A stretch of 64,000 nucleotides of DNA from an uncultured delta proteobacterium (GTDB lineage Bacteria > Myxococcota_A > Polyangia > Polyangiales > Houyiibacteriaceae): NCBI GenBank assembly GCA_963699755.1, contig CAVOVB010000001.1, positions 1,792,001-1,856,000 on the forward strand, in the 5' to 3' direction. The translations under genes and the position numbers were made by a program. How positions within the stretch are numbered: the first letter of the stretch is position 1; the number at the start of each line of letters is the position of its first letter. Shown here piece by piece: positions 37,590 to 47,205 of the stretch. The notes under the pieces are model-generated. The model had not been told where the DNA came from. It searched no databases and saw only the letters and a program-made list of their open reading frames with translations.

Positions 37590-39115
37590 GTGGCGCCATC
37601 CTCGACCTGTCCAAAGAGGCGACGCCCGACGGGGTCATCGCGGAGGTCTGCGTCATTGGCTCGGGCTCCGGCGGGGCAACGGCTGCGCGAATGTTGGCAG
37701 AGGCCGGTCGCGAGGTCGTCGTGCTCGAGGAGGGGCGTGATCTCGTCGGCCCAGAGCGGACGCAACGCGACGCGCCGATGTACGACCAGCTCTACATGGA
37801 CCGGGGAGGGCGGGCCTCCCACGACCTTTCGGTGAGCGTCCTGCAGGGCAGGGTGCTCGGCGGGGGCGGTGTGATCAACACCTGCGACGTGGTGCCGATC
37901 CCCGATGGGGTGCTGCGGCACTGGGCGGTCAAGTACGGGCTCGAAGACTACGCGCCTGAGCGATTCAAGCCCTTCACCGAGGACGCGCTTGCCGATCTTT
38001 CGGCGAGTCGCATCCCGGAGAGCATGGTCAACCTCGCGAACGCCAAGTTGCGTCAAGGGGCCGAAGCGCTCGGGCTGCGCGGCGAGGTGATGCTGCACAA
38101 TCGCGTGGGCTGCCGCGGGCTCGGCACCTGCCTCATCGGCTGCCCCATCCACGCCAAACGAAACCCACGCATGGTCGCGCTTCCCAAGGCGATCGAGGCC
38201 GGCGCCCGCATCTTCACGAGGGCCCGCGCCGTGAAGATCCACAAAGCCAGTCAGGAGCTCAAGGAGATCGAGGTGCGCACGCTCGACCCCGGGGGCTACC
38301 ACGAACAGAACGAGCTCAAGGTCCGAGCAAAGATCATCATCATCGCCGCAAACGCCGTCTCGTCGGCACAACTGTTGCTGCGTTCCGGCATCGGAAACGC
38401 GCACGTTGGGCAGAACCTCATGCTGCAACCCCAGCTCCCCGTCATCGGGATCTTCGATGAGCGCATCGCCGCGTTCGACGGCATCCCTCAATCGTATGCC
38501 GTCACCGAGTTCGAGCAAGACGACAACGCCGAGTTCGGGCTTTGGGGCTTTCGGATCGAAGGCATCATGGGCACGCCCGGGATCGTCTCCAGCCTCTTGC
38601 CGTTTTCGGGTGCCCCCGGGATGGAGGGCATGGCGCAGTATGATCGCATGGCGCCTTCGCTTCTCCTCGCCCCTGATGCGCCTTCGGGTCAGGTCGCAGT
38701 TGCGCGCAATGGTCGGCTGACGATTCGCTACGAGCAGCGCGACAATCATCGTGAGCGGCTCCGGCGTGCGGTCGAGCTCGCCGCCAAGGTCTACCTGGAA
38801 GCCGGCGCGCGAGAGGTTCTAGTGCCAACCGTGCCACCTCTCATCATCCGCTCGGCCCGTGAGGCCCAGCAAGCGCGGCAGCTGCCTTTCGCACCCGCGA
38901 CGGCGCCGATGATCAGCGCCCACCAGCAAGGCACCGTGCGATTTGCAGCCTCGGACCGCGATGGAGGCGCGGACTTGAACGGCCAGGTCTTTGGCACACG
39001 CGATGTCTACGTCTTCGACTCGTCGGGTTTTCCAACCAGCGCATCGAGCCACACCATGACCCCCATCATCGCTTCCTCGCGCATGCTGACGAGCAAGCTC
39101 CTCACCCGAATCTAA
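37586..39115 (+). CDS. GMC-family flavin oxidoreductase
   Basis: IGSGSGG, GRVLGGG, Cys motif CRGLGTCLIGC, SAHQQGT. GTG start overlaps the upstream stop. Confidence 0.88.
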   Translation: MSGAILDLSKEATPDGVIAEVCVIGSGSGGATAARMLAEAGREVVVLEEGRDLVGPERTQRDAPMYDQLYMDRGGRASHDLSVSVLQGRVLGGGGVINTCDVVPIPDGVLRHWAVKYGLEDYAPERFKPFTEDALADLSASRIPESMVNLANAKLRQGAEALGLRGEVMLHNRVGCRGLGTCLIGCPIHAKRNPRMVALPKAIEAGARIFTRARAVKIHKASQELKEIEVRTLDPGGYHEQNELKVRAKIIIIAANAVSSAQLLLRSGIGNAHVGQNLMLQPQLPVIGIFDERIAAFDGIPQSYAVTEFEQDDNAEFGLWGFRIEGIMGTPGIVSSLLPFSGAPGMEGMAQYDRMAPSLLLAPDAPSGQVAVARNGRLTIRYEQRDNHRERLRRAVELAAKVYLEAGAREVLVPTVPPLIIRSAREAQQARQLPFAPATAPMISAHQQGTVRFAASDRDGGADLNGQVFGTRDVYVFDSSGFPTSASSHTMTPIIASSRMLTSKLLTRI

Positions 39116-39141
39116 CCCTCACCCGCCGCGGACCGCGAACC

Positions 39142-39336
39142 CTATTCCTCTTCAATTTGAATCGACTGGGTCGGACACATCATGCAGGCGTCCCGCACCT
39201 TGTCCTCGAGGTCGGGGGGGACGTCGTAGGTTTGAATCATCAGACTGCCATCTTCAGCGAACGAAAAGACCTCCTGGGCCTCTTCCACGCAGACGCCGTA
39301 GTGATTGCAAGTCGACGGGTTGTACATGATCTTCAT
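39142..39336 (-). CDS. Small ferredoxin, probably [3Fe-4S]
   Basis: CNHYGVC..CPTQSI, 64 aa, acidic, second Cys replaced by Tyr. Confidence 0.85.
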   Translation of the reverse strand: MKIMYNPSTCNHYGVCVEEAQEVFSFAEDGSLMIQTYDVPPDLEDKVRDACMMCPTQSIQIEEE

Positions 39337-39351
39337 AGGCCTGCTCCCACC

Positions 39352-39783
39352 TCAGGGTCTATTCAACAGCTCCCTTTCTTCGTACTCCATGTCGTCCCGG
39401 ATGGCGCGCGAGAGCTCGCGCACGCCGATGACCAGCTTCGAGCCAACCGCCGTTTCGTCGAGCTCGGCAATGATGCGATCGAAAAGCTTGCGCTGCCCTC
39501 GATGCTCGCGACGCATGTCTTCGGCGACCTGGTTGGCTTTGCCTGCCTCGGCAAGCGAAGGGAGTTGGTACTCCTCGTAGTGCAAATGCTCGATCAACAG
39601 CGCGCCGAGTTGTTGGAGCTCGTCGCGTAGCGCGATCACCGACTCATTGTCGCCGTGGTCGACGCGCTCGGTCAACGCCTCGACCCGCGCAAGCTGTGCG
39701 GAGATCTGCGCATGCTCGCTTCGGATGCGCGCTCTAATTTCGTCTGGGGTTGCGAGCATGGCTGTGTCGGAACCGCTGTCCAT
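39352..39783 (-). CDS. Hemerythrin/HHE-domain protein
   Basis: EH, HLHYEE, EH and DMEYEE helical di-metal ligand pattern. Confidence 0.75.
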   Translation of the reverse strand: MDSGSDTAMLATPDEIRARIRSEHAQISAQLARVEALTERVDHGDNESVIALRDELQQLGALLIEHLHYEEYQLPSLAEAGKANQVAEDMRREHRGQRKLFDRIIAELDETAVGSKLVIGVRELSRAIRDDMEYEERELLNRP

Positions 39784-40827
39784 CTATGCTGCGACAAGTC
39801 GCTTGCGGCGCTCTGCCAGTGTGAGCGGCTTGCTCACCTCCTTGAGGCCATCATACTCGTCTTGCGCCTGTTTGTGGTACCAGTCTGGGTAGAAGTGCTT
39901 GCACCACTTGCGAAATTCAGCGACCGGCCCATCCCCTTCGCAGAGCATGGGCCGCTCGAGGAAGGTCTTGTTCTCCCAAATCGGGGCGTCCTCCTCGAGT
40001 TGCCGCGCGATCTCCTTGGTGAAGGCTTTGCCGACCCCTGCGGTGATATCGGCGCCGCCGAGCTTTTTGACGGTGAATGAGAAGCGAACGTCGCAGAATT
40101 CATCGTCGATCGGCGTGACCGAAGCCATGTTCGTGGTCTCGACGATGCCCCGAAAGCGACTCACCGAGAAGCCAAAGCCGTGGACCTCGACATCGAGCTC
40201 GCCCTTCACCTCGCCCTGCGGCGTTTCGTAGATCGTGTCCGTGATCATCTTGATGTGCGGGTACTCGAGCTCCATCGTGTGGGGCTGCGGCACGATGTTC
40301 ATGCCATGCACATAGCGGAAATGCGCTTTGTCGACGACGTTCTCGCACATGTCCTGGTTGTGGGATCGGAGCTTCCAGTGCTGTCGCCAATACGGAGTCC
40401 ACGCATCGTTGTCCCACTCCGGGATCACGGGGATCTCCCACTCGGGTTCTCTCCCCTCGATGTCGTGCCAGACCATGATGACACCGTTGACCTCGTGAAC
40501 GGGCCAAGCCGTGATGTTGGCCTTGCGCGGAAGGTGCTGCGCGTAGGGCACTTGGATGCACTTGCCTGCGCCGCTGAACTTCCAAGCGTGAAATGGGCAG
40601 ACGATGCCCTCGCCTTCGACTTTGCCGCCGTGTCCTAGGTGTGCGCCCATGTGCGGGCAGAACGCGTCGAGCACGTTGACCTCGCCGCTTTCGGTGCGGA
40701 ACATGACGAGCTCGACGCCGAAGTATTTGAGCGGCTTGACCTCGCCCGACTTGATTTCATCCGAGTAGGCCACCTGAAACCACCCTCGCGGGTAGCGTGG
40801 AATCGAGAAACGCGGTTTGTTGCTCAT
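39784..40827 (-). CDS. Rieske oxygenase, KshA/cholesterol 7-desaturase-like
   Basis: Start MSNKPRF. YPRGWF, CPHMGAHL..CPFH, ENVVDKAHFRYVH, EDAPIWENK. Confidence 0.88.
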   Translation of the reverse strand: MSNKPRFSIPRYPRGWFQVAYSDEIKSGEVKPLKYFGVELVMFRTESGEVNVLDAFCPHMGAHLGHGGKVEGEGIVCPFHAWKFSGAGKCIQVPYAQHLPRKANITAWPVHEVNGVIMVWHDIEGREPEWEIPVIPEWDNDAWTPYWRQHWKLRSHNQDMCENVVDKAHFRYVHGMNIVPQPHTMELEYPHIKMITDTIYETPQGEVKGELDVEVHGFGFSVSRFRGIVETTNMASVTPIDDEFCDVRFSFTVKKLGGADITAGVGKAFTKEIARQLEEDAPIWENKTFLERPMLCEGDGPVAEFRKWCKHFYPDWYHKQAQDEYDGLKEVSKPLTLAERRKRLVAA

Positions 40828-40837
40828 GTTCGTTCTC

Positions 40838-41812
40838 CTACTCGGCAGCGTCGGCGGCCTCGTTGCGTGGCGTATAGAACTGCGCGTACCAACGGCGGAA
40901 CTCTCCGATGGGACCGTCGCCGTCGCACAGCATGGGTCGGTCGAGGTAGATCTTGTTTTCCCAGATCTGCACATCCTGCAGGTAGCCGTCACGCATGTTG
41001 TTGATGAAGTGTTCGACGAGCTCGTCGGTCATACCCTTGGTGGCTTTCATCGACACCCCGAACCGAAGCATCACATTCTCGTCGTCGATTGGCGTATGCG
41101 CGTTGATGATCACGCCGAGCCCCTTACCGAACATCTTGGTGACCTGATACGCGGGGCCATAGTAGGTCGCCGTGGACTCGAACTCGTCCTTGCCGCCGTG
41201 CACGGGATAGGCGACCGCCTTGATTTTCTGCTGGCCGATGTGATCGGTGTAGGTGTTGCTGAAGGAGCCAGGGACCGGGTGTGTGTTGTGCACCGGGATG
41301 AAGTGGCCGGCATCGGCGAGGTTTTCGGCAATGGCGAGCGGCGGTGTCTTGATCTGAAGCTTCGCGTAGCGCCAGGGAATGAACTCCGGGTCTTCCCATT
41401 CTTCGAGTACCGGAATCTCCCAATCCGGCTGGCTCTTCTCACGGTCGTGCCAGACGAAAATCATCCCGTTGCGCTCGAGCACCGGCCAGCACGCAAGGCC
41501 GGCCTTCGGCGGAATGCGCTTGGCGTACGGGATCTCGACGCACTTTCCGGAGCCATCGAACTTCCAAGCGTGAAACGGGCAGACGATCGCTTCGCCGACG
41601 ATTTTGCCGCCGTGTCCGAGGTGCGCGCCCATGTGTGGGCAGTACGCATCGAGAACCTTGGCCTCGCCCGACGCTGTTCGGAACAACACCAGCTCCTGGT
41701 CGAAGCGTTTCAGTGGCACGACCTGGCCGTGCTCGAGCTCGTCGGAGAACATGAGCAAGAACCAGCCCCTGGCAAAACCTGCCCAAGGCCCCGCTTTCGT
41801 TTCGGTGATCAT
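40838..41812 (-). CDS. Rieske oxygenase, KshA/cholesterol 7-desaturase-like (tandem paralog)
   Basis: FARGWF, CPHMGAHL..CPFH, ENLADAGHFIPVH, QDVQIWENK. Confidence 0.88.
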   Translation of the reverse strand: MITETKAGPWAGFARGWFLLMFSDELEHGQVVPLKRFDQELVLFRTASGEAKVLDAYCPHMGAHLGHGGKIVGEAIVCPFHAWKFDGSGKCVEIPYAKRIPPKAGLACWPVLERNGMIFVWHDREKSQPDWEIPVLEEWEDPEFIPWRYAKLQIKTPPLAIAENLADAGHFIPVHNTHPVPGSFSNTYTDHIGQQKIKAVAYPVHGGKDEFESTATYYGPAYQVTKMFGKGLGVIINAHTPIDDENVMLRFGVSMKATKGMTDELVEHFINNMRDGYLQDVQIWENKIYLDRPMLCDGDGPIGEFRRWYAQFYTPRNEAADAAE

Positions 41813-41861
41813 TGGATGCTCCAACTATCTGTTCGCCGGGACCGGCGACGCGCGGCCCAAC

Positions 41862-41890
41862 TAGAACATGTTCCACTAGAACATGTTTCA
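41862..41890. promoter_or_regulatory. Two tandem KstR-type operators (TnnAACnnGTTnnA)
   Basis: TAGAACATGTTCCA (41862-41875) and TAGAACATGTTTCA (41877-41890), 50 bp upstream of the Rieske operon. Confidence 0.7.
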
Positions 41891-41931
41891 TTTTGACACC
41901 CCTGGCAAGAACGATTTATCAGCATTTCGAC

Positions 41932-41983
41932 GTCTAGGTATTGACGGCCAAAACCTAGACAGTAGATAGACATCACTGCAACA
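41932..41983 (+). promoter_or_regulatory. Fasciclin promoter with CarH/LitR-type repeats
   Basis: TTGACG at 41941. TAGACA at 41956 and 41967 (11-bp spacing), GCAACA at 41978. Inverted repeat GTCTAGGT..ACCTAGAC. Confidence 0.55.
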
Positions 41984-42008
41984 ACGCAGCATTTTGGAGG
42001 AAAAACTC

Positions 42009-42527
42009 ATGCGAACGAAGACAATTTTGCTTACCGCCCTGGCCTCGTTGGCGCTCGCCGGCTGCGCGAAAGACGCACCGAGCACGGCGACTGCCGTTAC
42101 CGCAACGGCCGCTCAAGGAGACATCGTGGCCGTCGCCGTGGGGGCTGGGCAGTTCAACACGCTCGTCGCAGCCGTCCAGGCCGCGGGCCTGGTGGAGACG
42201 CTGCAAAGCCCCGGACCGTTCACGGTCTTCGCGCCAAACGATGAAGCGTTTGCGAAGCTACCGGCCGGTACGGTGGACAGTCTCCTGCTCCCCGAAAACA
42301 AGGCGAAGCTCACAGCCATCCTGAAGTATCACGTGGTCGCTGGCGAAGTCCTCGCGGCAGACGTCGTGAACCTCTCCTCGGCGGACACGGTCGAGGGCCA
42401 GTCGGTCCAGATCAGCGCCGGCGATTCTGGCGTCCAAATCAATGACGCCAACGTGATCGGGACCGATGTGATGGCCTCGAACGGAGTCATCCACGTCATC
42501 GACACAGTTCTCATTCCCGCTTCCTAA
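42009..42527 (+). CDS. Fasciclin (FAS1) domain lipoprotein
   Basis: RBS GGAGG, lipobox [35 protein letters not shown]. Confidence 0.93.
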   Translation: MRTKTILLTALASLALAGCAKDAPSTATAVTATAAQGDIVAVAVGAGQFNTLVAAVQAAGLVETLQSPGPFTVFAPNDEAFAKLPAGTVDSLLLPENKAKLTAILKYHVVAGEVLAADVVNLSSADTVEGQSVQISAGDSGVQINDANVIGTDVMASNGVIHVIDTVLIPAS

Positions 42528-42538
42528 CGATCAATCCC

Positions 42539-42571
42539 GGGCCGCCTTCGAACGGAGAGGCGGCCTCTTTT
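42539..42571 (+). terminator. Rho-independent terminator after the fasciclin gene
   Basis: GGCCGCC..GGCGGCC stem followed by TCTTTTT. Confidence 0.6.
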
Positions 42572-42723
42572 CTTCCCGGTGCAGGACGGGTACTCGCTGC
42601 AGGAGCACGCAAGATGGATGAATACCACCACCACGACCTTCAGCGTCACGAGATTGAGCGTGACCCGACGCGGTGGGTGCTCGTCCCTGTGCCACTTTTG
42701 TCATGACAAACAACGTAAAAGAA

Positions 42724-43638
42724 ATGAGCGGTCCATACCCAATGCGGGTCGTTTCCAGATTGACCGGCCTGTCCGCGGATACGATTCGCGTGTGGGAACG
42801 TCGCTACAGCGCAGTGGCTCCGGATCGGACAGATGGGAACAAACGCAGATACAGTGGCGCTCACGTGCGTCGCCTGGTTCTCTTGCGCCGCGCGACCGAG
42901 CTCGGGCATTCCATCGGTCAGGTCGTCCAGCTCTCGGACCCGGAGCTTCGGAGGCTCATCGGGGAATCGAGCCCCGACACTGGCAGTCAGGTGTCGCTCT
43001 ACGCGGCCATCGTCGAGGACTACTTGAAAGCGGTCTTCGAGTACGACGTGCGGCGCGCGGAATCGATTCTCACTCGAACCGCGGCGATTCTACCTCCGAT
43101 GACCCTGACGCTCGAAGTCATTGTCCCGCTGATGCGTCGCGTCGGCGAAGCATGGAACGCAGATGAGCTTCGCATTTCGCATGAGCACATCATTTCTGGG
43201 CAGCTTCGTAGCCTGCTCGGCACGCTCATGCGACACGAACAGCCGGCCACCGGGGCTCCGCGAATCATCGTCGCCACACCTCCGCGTCATTTGCACGAGT
43301 TCGGCGCCATCATCGGTGCGTTCATGGCTGCAGGCCGTGGCTTCGAGCCGATTTATCTGGGCACCCACATGCCCTTGGAGGAAATCGCAGAGGCCGCAGA
43401 GCAAAGCGGGGCGACCTTGGTGCTCTTGAGCATCGCCCGCGATTGTGAGCCTGGCGAAACCCAAGAGCTCATCTCTGGGATCTCGAGCCTCGCGAAGCAA
43501 CACGAGGTTTGGCTGGGCATTCCAGAGCAGCACGAGCTTTCCCGGCTCCCTCTGCCCGCGAAACTCCTTCATCGCTACGAGGACCTGGACGTCGCGCTCA
43601 CGAATAAACCCGCCATTGGGCGCGAGAGCTTGGGCTGA
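42724..43638 (+). CDS. MerR-family regulator with cobalamin-binding domain (CarH/LitR-like)
   Basis: MerR HTH with IRVWERRY, W-x9-EH motif, HLHEFG and IYLG B12-domain motifs. Confidence 0.88.
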   Translation: MSGPYPMRVVSRLTGLSADTIRVWERRYSAVAPDRTDGNKRRYSGAHVRRLVLLRRATELGHSIGQVVQLSDPELRRLIGESSPDTGSQVSLYAAIVEDYLKAVFEYDVRRAESILTRTAAILPPMTLTLEVIVPLMRRVGEAWNADELRISHEHIISGQLRSLLGTLMRHEQPATGAPRIIVATPPRHLHEFGAIIGAFMAAGRGFEPIYLGTHMPLEEIAEAAEQSGATLVLLSIARDCEPGETQELISGISSLAKQHEVWLGIPEQHELSRLPLPAKLLHRYEDLDVALTNKPAIGRESLG

Positions 43639-43711
43639 CCGGCCGCTCGCCCCGTCGACCAAGAAGCAACAACGCGCTTCATGAACCGCTCGATTCCTTT
43701 ATACTCACGCG

Positions 43712-44839
43712 ATGATTCATCGCTTGGGTTGGACCTGTTGTATTCTCGGGTTGGCACTGGGGGCTTGTGATTCTTCGGCTGAGCCGGCGGTTCGGCGGCT
43801 CTCGGGGGGCCTCGGCTCGTGGTCACTGCCGACTGGTTGAATCAGTCGCTGACCCTTCTCGACTACGGAAGGCTGGTCGATGGGGCGAGCGATGGGCCTT
43901 CATCGGTGCTCAGAACCATTGACCTTGCGGACTGGGAACCGGGTCCCATCGAAGTCGAGATCACGCCGGACGGCAAGACGGCAGTCGTAACCGTCGGGCC
44001 TGCGTATTTCGACGGCCTGCCCGGGCTCGTTGGCGGCCCCGAGATCCCGGAAGGAGGCACACTGCTGATCGTCGACTTGGAGTCAGGAGTCGCCGACGAG
44101 GTTCAAACTCAGGATGTCCCCCTTGGCATCGCGATCAGTCCTGATGGCATGACCGCCTACACCGCGAACTACGGTACAAGAGTTGCGCGTGGCAGCAGCC
44201 TTTCGGTCATCGACATTCCCGGGCGCCGAGTCATCGAGGAGGTCGACGTCGGAAGCGGACCCCGAGCAAGTTGCTTTGAGCCCCGATGGGAGCCTTGGCA
44301 TCATCAACATCGTCAGTGGAGGGGGCATCCGAATCTTCCAGACGTCCGACGTAGCCGGCACGATGAGCGACGTGCTCGAAACCGGTTCCGATCCATCCGA
44401 TGTCTCATTTCTCGACGGTAACGATCTCGCGGCCGTGGCGAACACGCTCGGCTTCAGCGTCACGCTGATCGACACGTCCGACCCGAGCAGTCCAAGCGTT
44501 CTCAGCAGCGTCCCAGTCGCTGGTGGCGTTCCCTACGGGCTGACCTACGTCCCTTCGCGAGACGAGTTGCTCGCACCGACCAACCCGGCGAGGCCGGGTA
44601 TGCTGACCAACCTGATCACCATCGCGCGAGCTGGCGACACGCTGACCCCCAGCGCGCCGCTGCAGCTTTCAGGGGAGAACTTCCCGCTAACCGCGGCCGC
44701 CGATTCGGCTGGCGACTTTGCGTTCGTGGCCCACATCGTTGACCAAAAGCTTTCGATCATCGAGCTCGAGACCGGCGCTTCGCGCGCGGTCACTTGGCTT
44801 GCAGGCCCCGGTCCATCTTACGTCGCAGTCCAACCCTGA
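43712..44839 (+). CDS. YncE/YVTN-like beta-propeller lipoprotein (two frameshifts)
   Basis: Lipobox LGAC after ATG 43712. Frameshifts near the G-run at ~43805 and the C-run at ~44262 join ORFs 43819 and 44183. Repeated ITPDG/ISPDG/LSPDG blades. Confidence 0.75.
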
Positions 44840-44957
44840 ACGGGCGATCACCAACGCACCCGCGGGTTCCGTTGACGACGGAACGCGGGCCTCCGCGGCG
44901 TGCGCTGTCTATATTGAAGCGGAGAAGAAAAGGGGGTCTTTTCTTCATGGGGGATGA

Positions 44958-45867
44958 ATGATGTCTGTGCTTCGTGGTTGGGGACTTGCTGGTTTCTTAG
45001 TTGCTGCTGCGCTTTGGTTGGCGCCCGGTCAGGCGCGCGCGTTCCCGGCTGAGCCGTACAGCCTCGACGAAGGAATGAAGGCCCATACCAAGCGGTTTCA
45101 CATCCTTGGCGAGATCGCTCTGTTTGGCGGGAAGCTCGAGGGCAACCAGCGGTCCATCGTCGTCAGCCCACTGATCGAGATGCGTTTACAGCTGGCATAC
45201 AGTGTTCTGTTTCAGGTCATGTGGGGAATGTCGTACGTCAATGTCGACCTTGCCGATGAAGACAGCGATCCGCAGAACGCCTTTCGCTCTGGCAATCCCT
45301 ATGCCGCCTTTCACTATCAGGGCAAAAAGAACCAGTTTTCGTACCGCCTGGGCGTTGGCGTGACGATACCGGTCGCAACCGTCACCTCCGACTTGAATGA
45401 AGTTTTCGCACAGCAATCTGCGTACACGCTGGCCGCGGCCGTGCGAGGCAACACCAACTATTGGATTTGGGACGCCCACGCGGTGAGCGTCATCGTCCCG
45501 ATCGCGTTCGAACGACGCAAGCCAAGCGGGTTTCTCTGGGGCGCTTACGTCGACACCGGCGCGATGATCAAGATCGACAACAAGAACAACCGAACCTCCA
45601 AAACCGATTTCATCATGCAGATGATGGCGATGATGGGCTACCAAGCCACCGACTGGCTTCGGGTCGGCTCTCGCTTCAGCTTGGTTCTGATTCCCAAGTT
45701 CAAGGACGCACAACACGCAACTTGCAATCGAGCCGTACCTGCGGTTCGGCAATGACAACGCGTTCGGCGCGATCCGCCTCAACATCAATCTCGACAATCC
45801 GTGCGGCTTTTCCTTCGACGACCGCCAGGTCTGGGGCTTGCGAATCGGAGGCGGCGCAGCCTTCTGA
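44958..45867 (+). CDS. Putative outer-membrane beta-barrel protein (frameshift at ~45710)
   Basis: Signal peptide ..ARA. After the shift it reads TQLAIEPYLRFG..VWGLRIGGGAAF-stop, ending in Phe. Confidence 0.6.
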
Positions 45868-45896
45868 CGACCGTGGCGCGACCGCTGGTCGCTCAC

Positions 45897-47192
45897 CTAG
45901 CCGAAGATCGGCAGGTCTTCGCCCGCGAGCGGGAACGCGGCTTTGAAGTCGTTCGGAACGCCCGACAGATTGCGCAGCGCGCGGTGTACGTGGGCGATCG
46001 AAAGCCTGGTTCCCTCAGCCGTGTCCGGCGAGCCGGTCGGTAGCAAGGTCACCGGGTCGATGAGCTGGAGACCATGGCGGTCGTCGGTTCCACCGACGAC
46101 GCGGTTACCTGGAATCCCGGGGCCCATCATCATCATGCTGCTGATCGGCCAATGGTCTTTGCCGTTGCCGTTGTTGTAGCCGGGCGTTCGACCGAAGTCC
46201 GAGCCCATCACGACTGCGACCTTGTCGGCAATCCCCATTCGCTCTGCCTCTTGCATCGCAAAGTTGGCGCCGTTGACGAAGTCGATGAGTCGCGGCAGGT
46301 GATTGCCGTCGTGGTTGCCGTGGGTGTCGAAGCCGCCGCGGCTGACGCTGACGCTGACCGAAAGGCCGGCCTGATACGCTGCGAGCGCAACTTGGATTTG
46401 GCGCTCGAGCTGATTGTTCGAGAAGTTTTCCGGAAGCGAGTCAGAGACCCGCTTGAGATCGTCCTGGCCGAGCCGAGCCAGCATGAGCTCGTTCTGCCCA
46501 TCCCAGATCCGCGGCAAGCGTTGCTTACCCTGAAGCCTGAGGAGTCGAAGCTGCTGCTCGCGCTGGACGATGCCGGGAACGTCCGGATGGCCGAAGTAGT
46601 TTTCCTCTGAGCCGGTCGGATCCGGCCGAGAAGGGTGCGCGAGGTTGTGAAGGAGACCACCGTCACCGAGCGGCACCGCATTGGTCACGCCTTGGGTGTC
46701 GAGGTACCCTCCGTAACCGATCAAGGGCATCGGAAGATTGGGGCCGTGCGTGGCCGCAATCAGCGCGCCAATCGGCGGATGGCCCTCGGCCGTTCGCCCG
46801 CTCCAAGTGCCGCGGGTGCCCTGGTCATGGCCGTTGGTCGTGGTGTCCATCCCGTTGATGACCAGCAGGCGCTCGTAGTGAGTCTGAAAGAACGCATCGA
46901 GCGCGGTGCCATCATCGCCGAGCGGCGCATACTCGATGTTGCCTGCCGTCCGGATGTCGCTCTTGAGGAAGCGCCCCATCGGATTGTTCTCGTTCTCCGT
47001 GGCGCGGCCCTTCGGATCGCAGAGGTGAGTGGGGTCCCAACCGCCGCCTGCGTGCATGAAAATCCAGTACGTGCCCGTGTAGGCCGAGCCGCTGATCGGC
47101 TGAGCGCTCGCGCGCAGAGGGTCCATCGCTGCCGGCAGAACACACGTCAGCCCAGCCCAGCTTGCCATTCGTATAAAGTCACGACGATCCAC
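45897..47192 (-). CDS. DUF1501-like Tat-exported protein
   Basis: MDRRDFI Tat motif, GGWDP, GGFDTH, SDFGRTP..GKDHW. Confidence 0.85.
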   Translation of the reverse strand: MDRRDFIRMASWAGLTCVLPAAMDPLRASAQPISGSAYTGTYWIFMHAGGGWDPTHLCDPKGRATENENNPMGRFLKSDIRTAGNIEYAPLGDDGTALDAFFQTHYERLLVINGMDTTTNGHDQGTRGTWSGRTAEGHPPIGALIAATHGPNLPMPLIGYGGYLDTQGVTNAVPLGDGGLLHNLAHPSRPDPTGSEENYFGHPDVPGIVQREQQLRLLRLQGKQRLPRIWDGQNELMLARLGQDDLKRVSDSLPENFSNNQLERQIQVALAAYQAGLSVSVSVSRGGFDTHGNHDGNHLPRLIDFVNGANFAMQEAERMGIADKVAVVMGSDFGRTPGYNNGNGKDHWPISSMMMMGPGIPGNRVVGGTDDRHGLQLIDPVTLLPTGSPDTAEGTRLSIAHVHRALRNLSGVPNDFKAAFPLAGEDLPIFG

Positions 47193-47205
47193 AGCTAGTC
47201 CTCCC

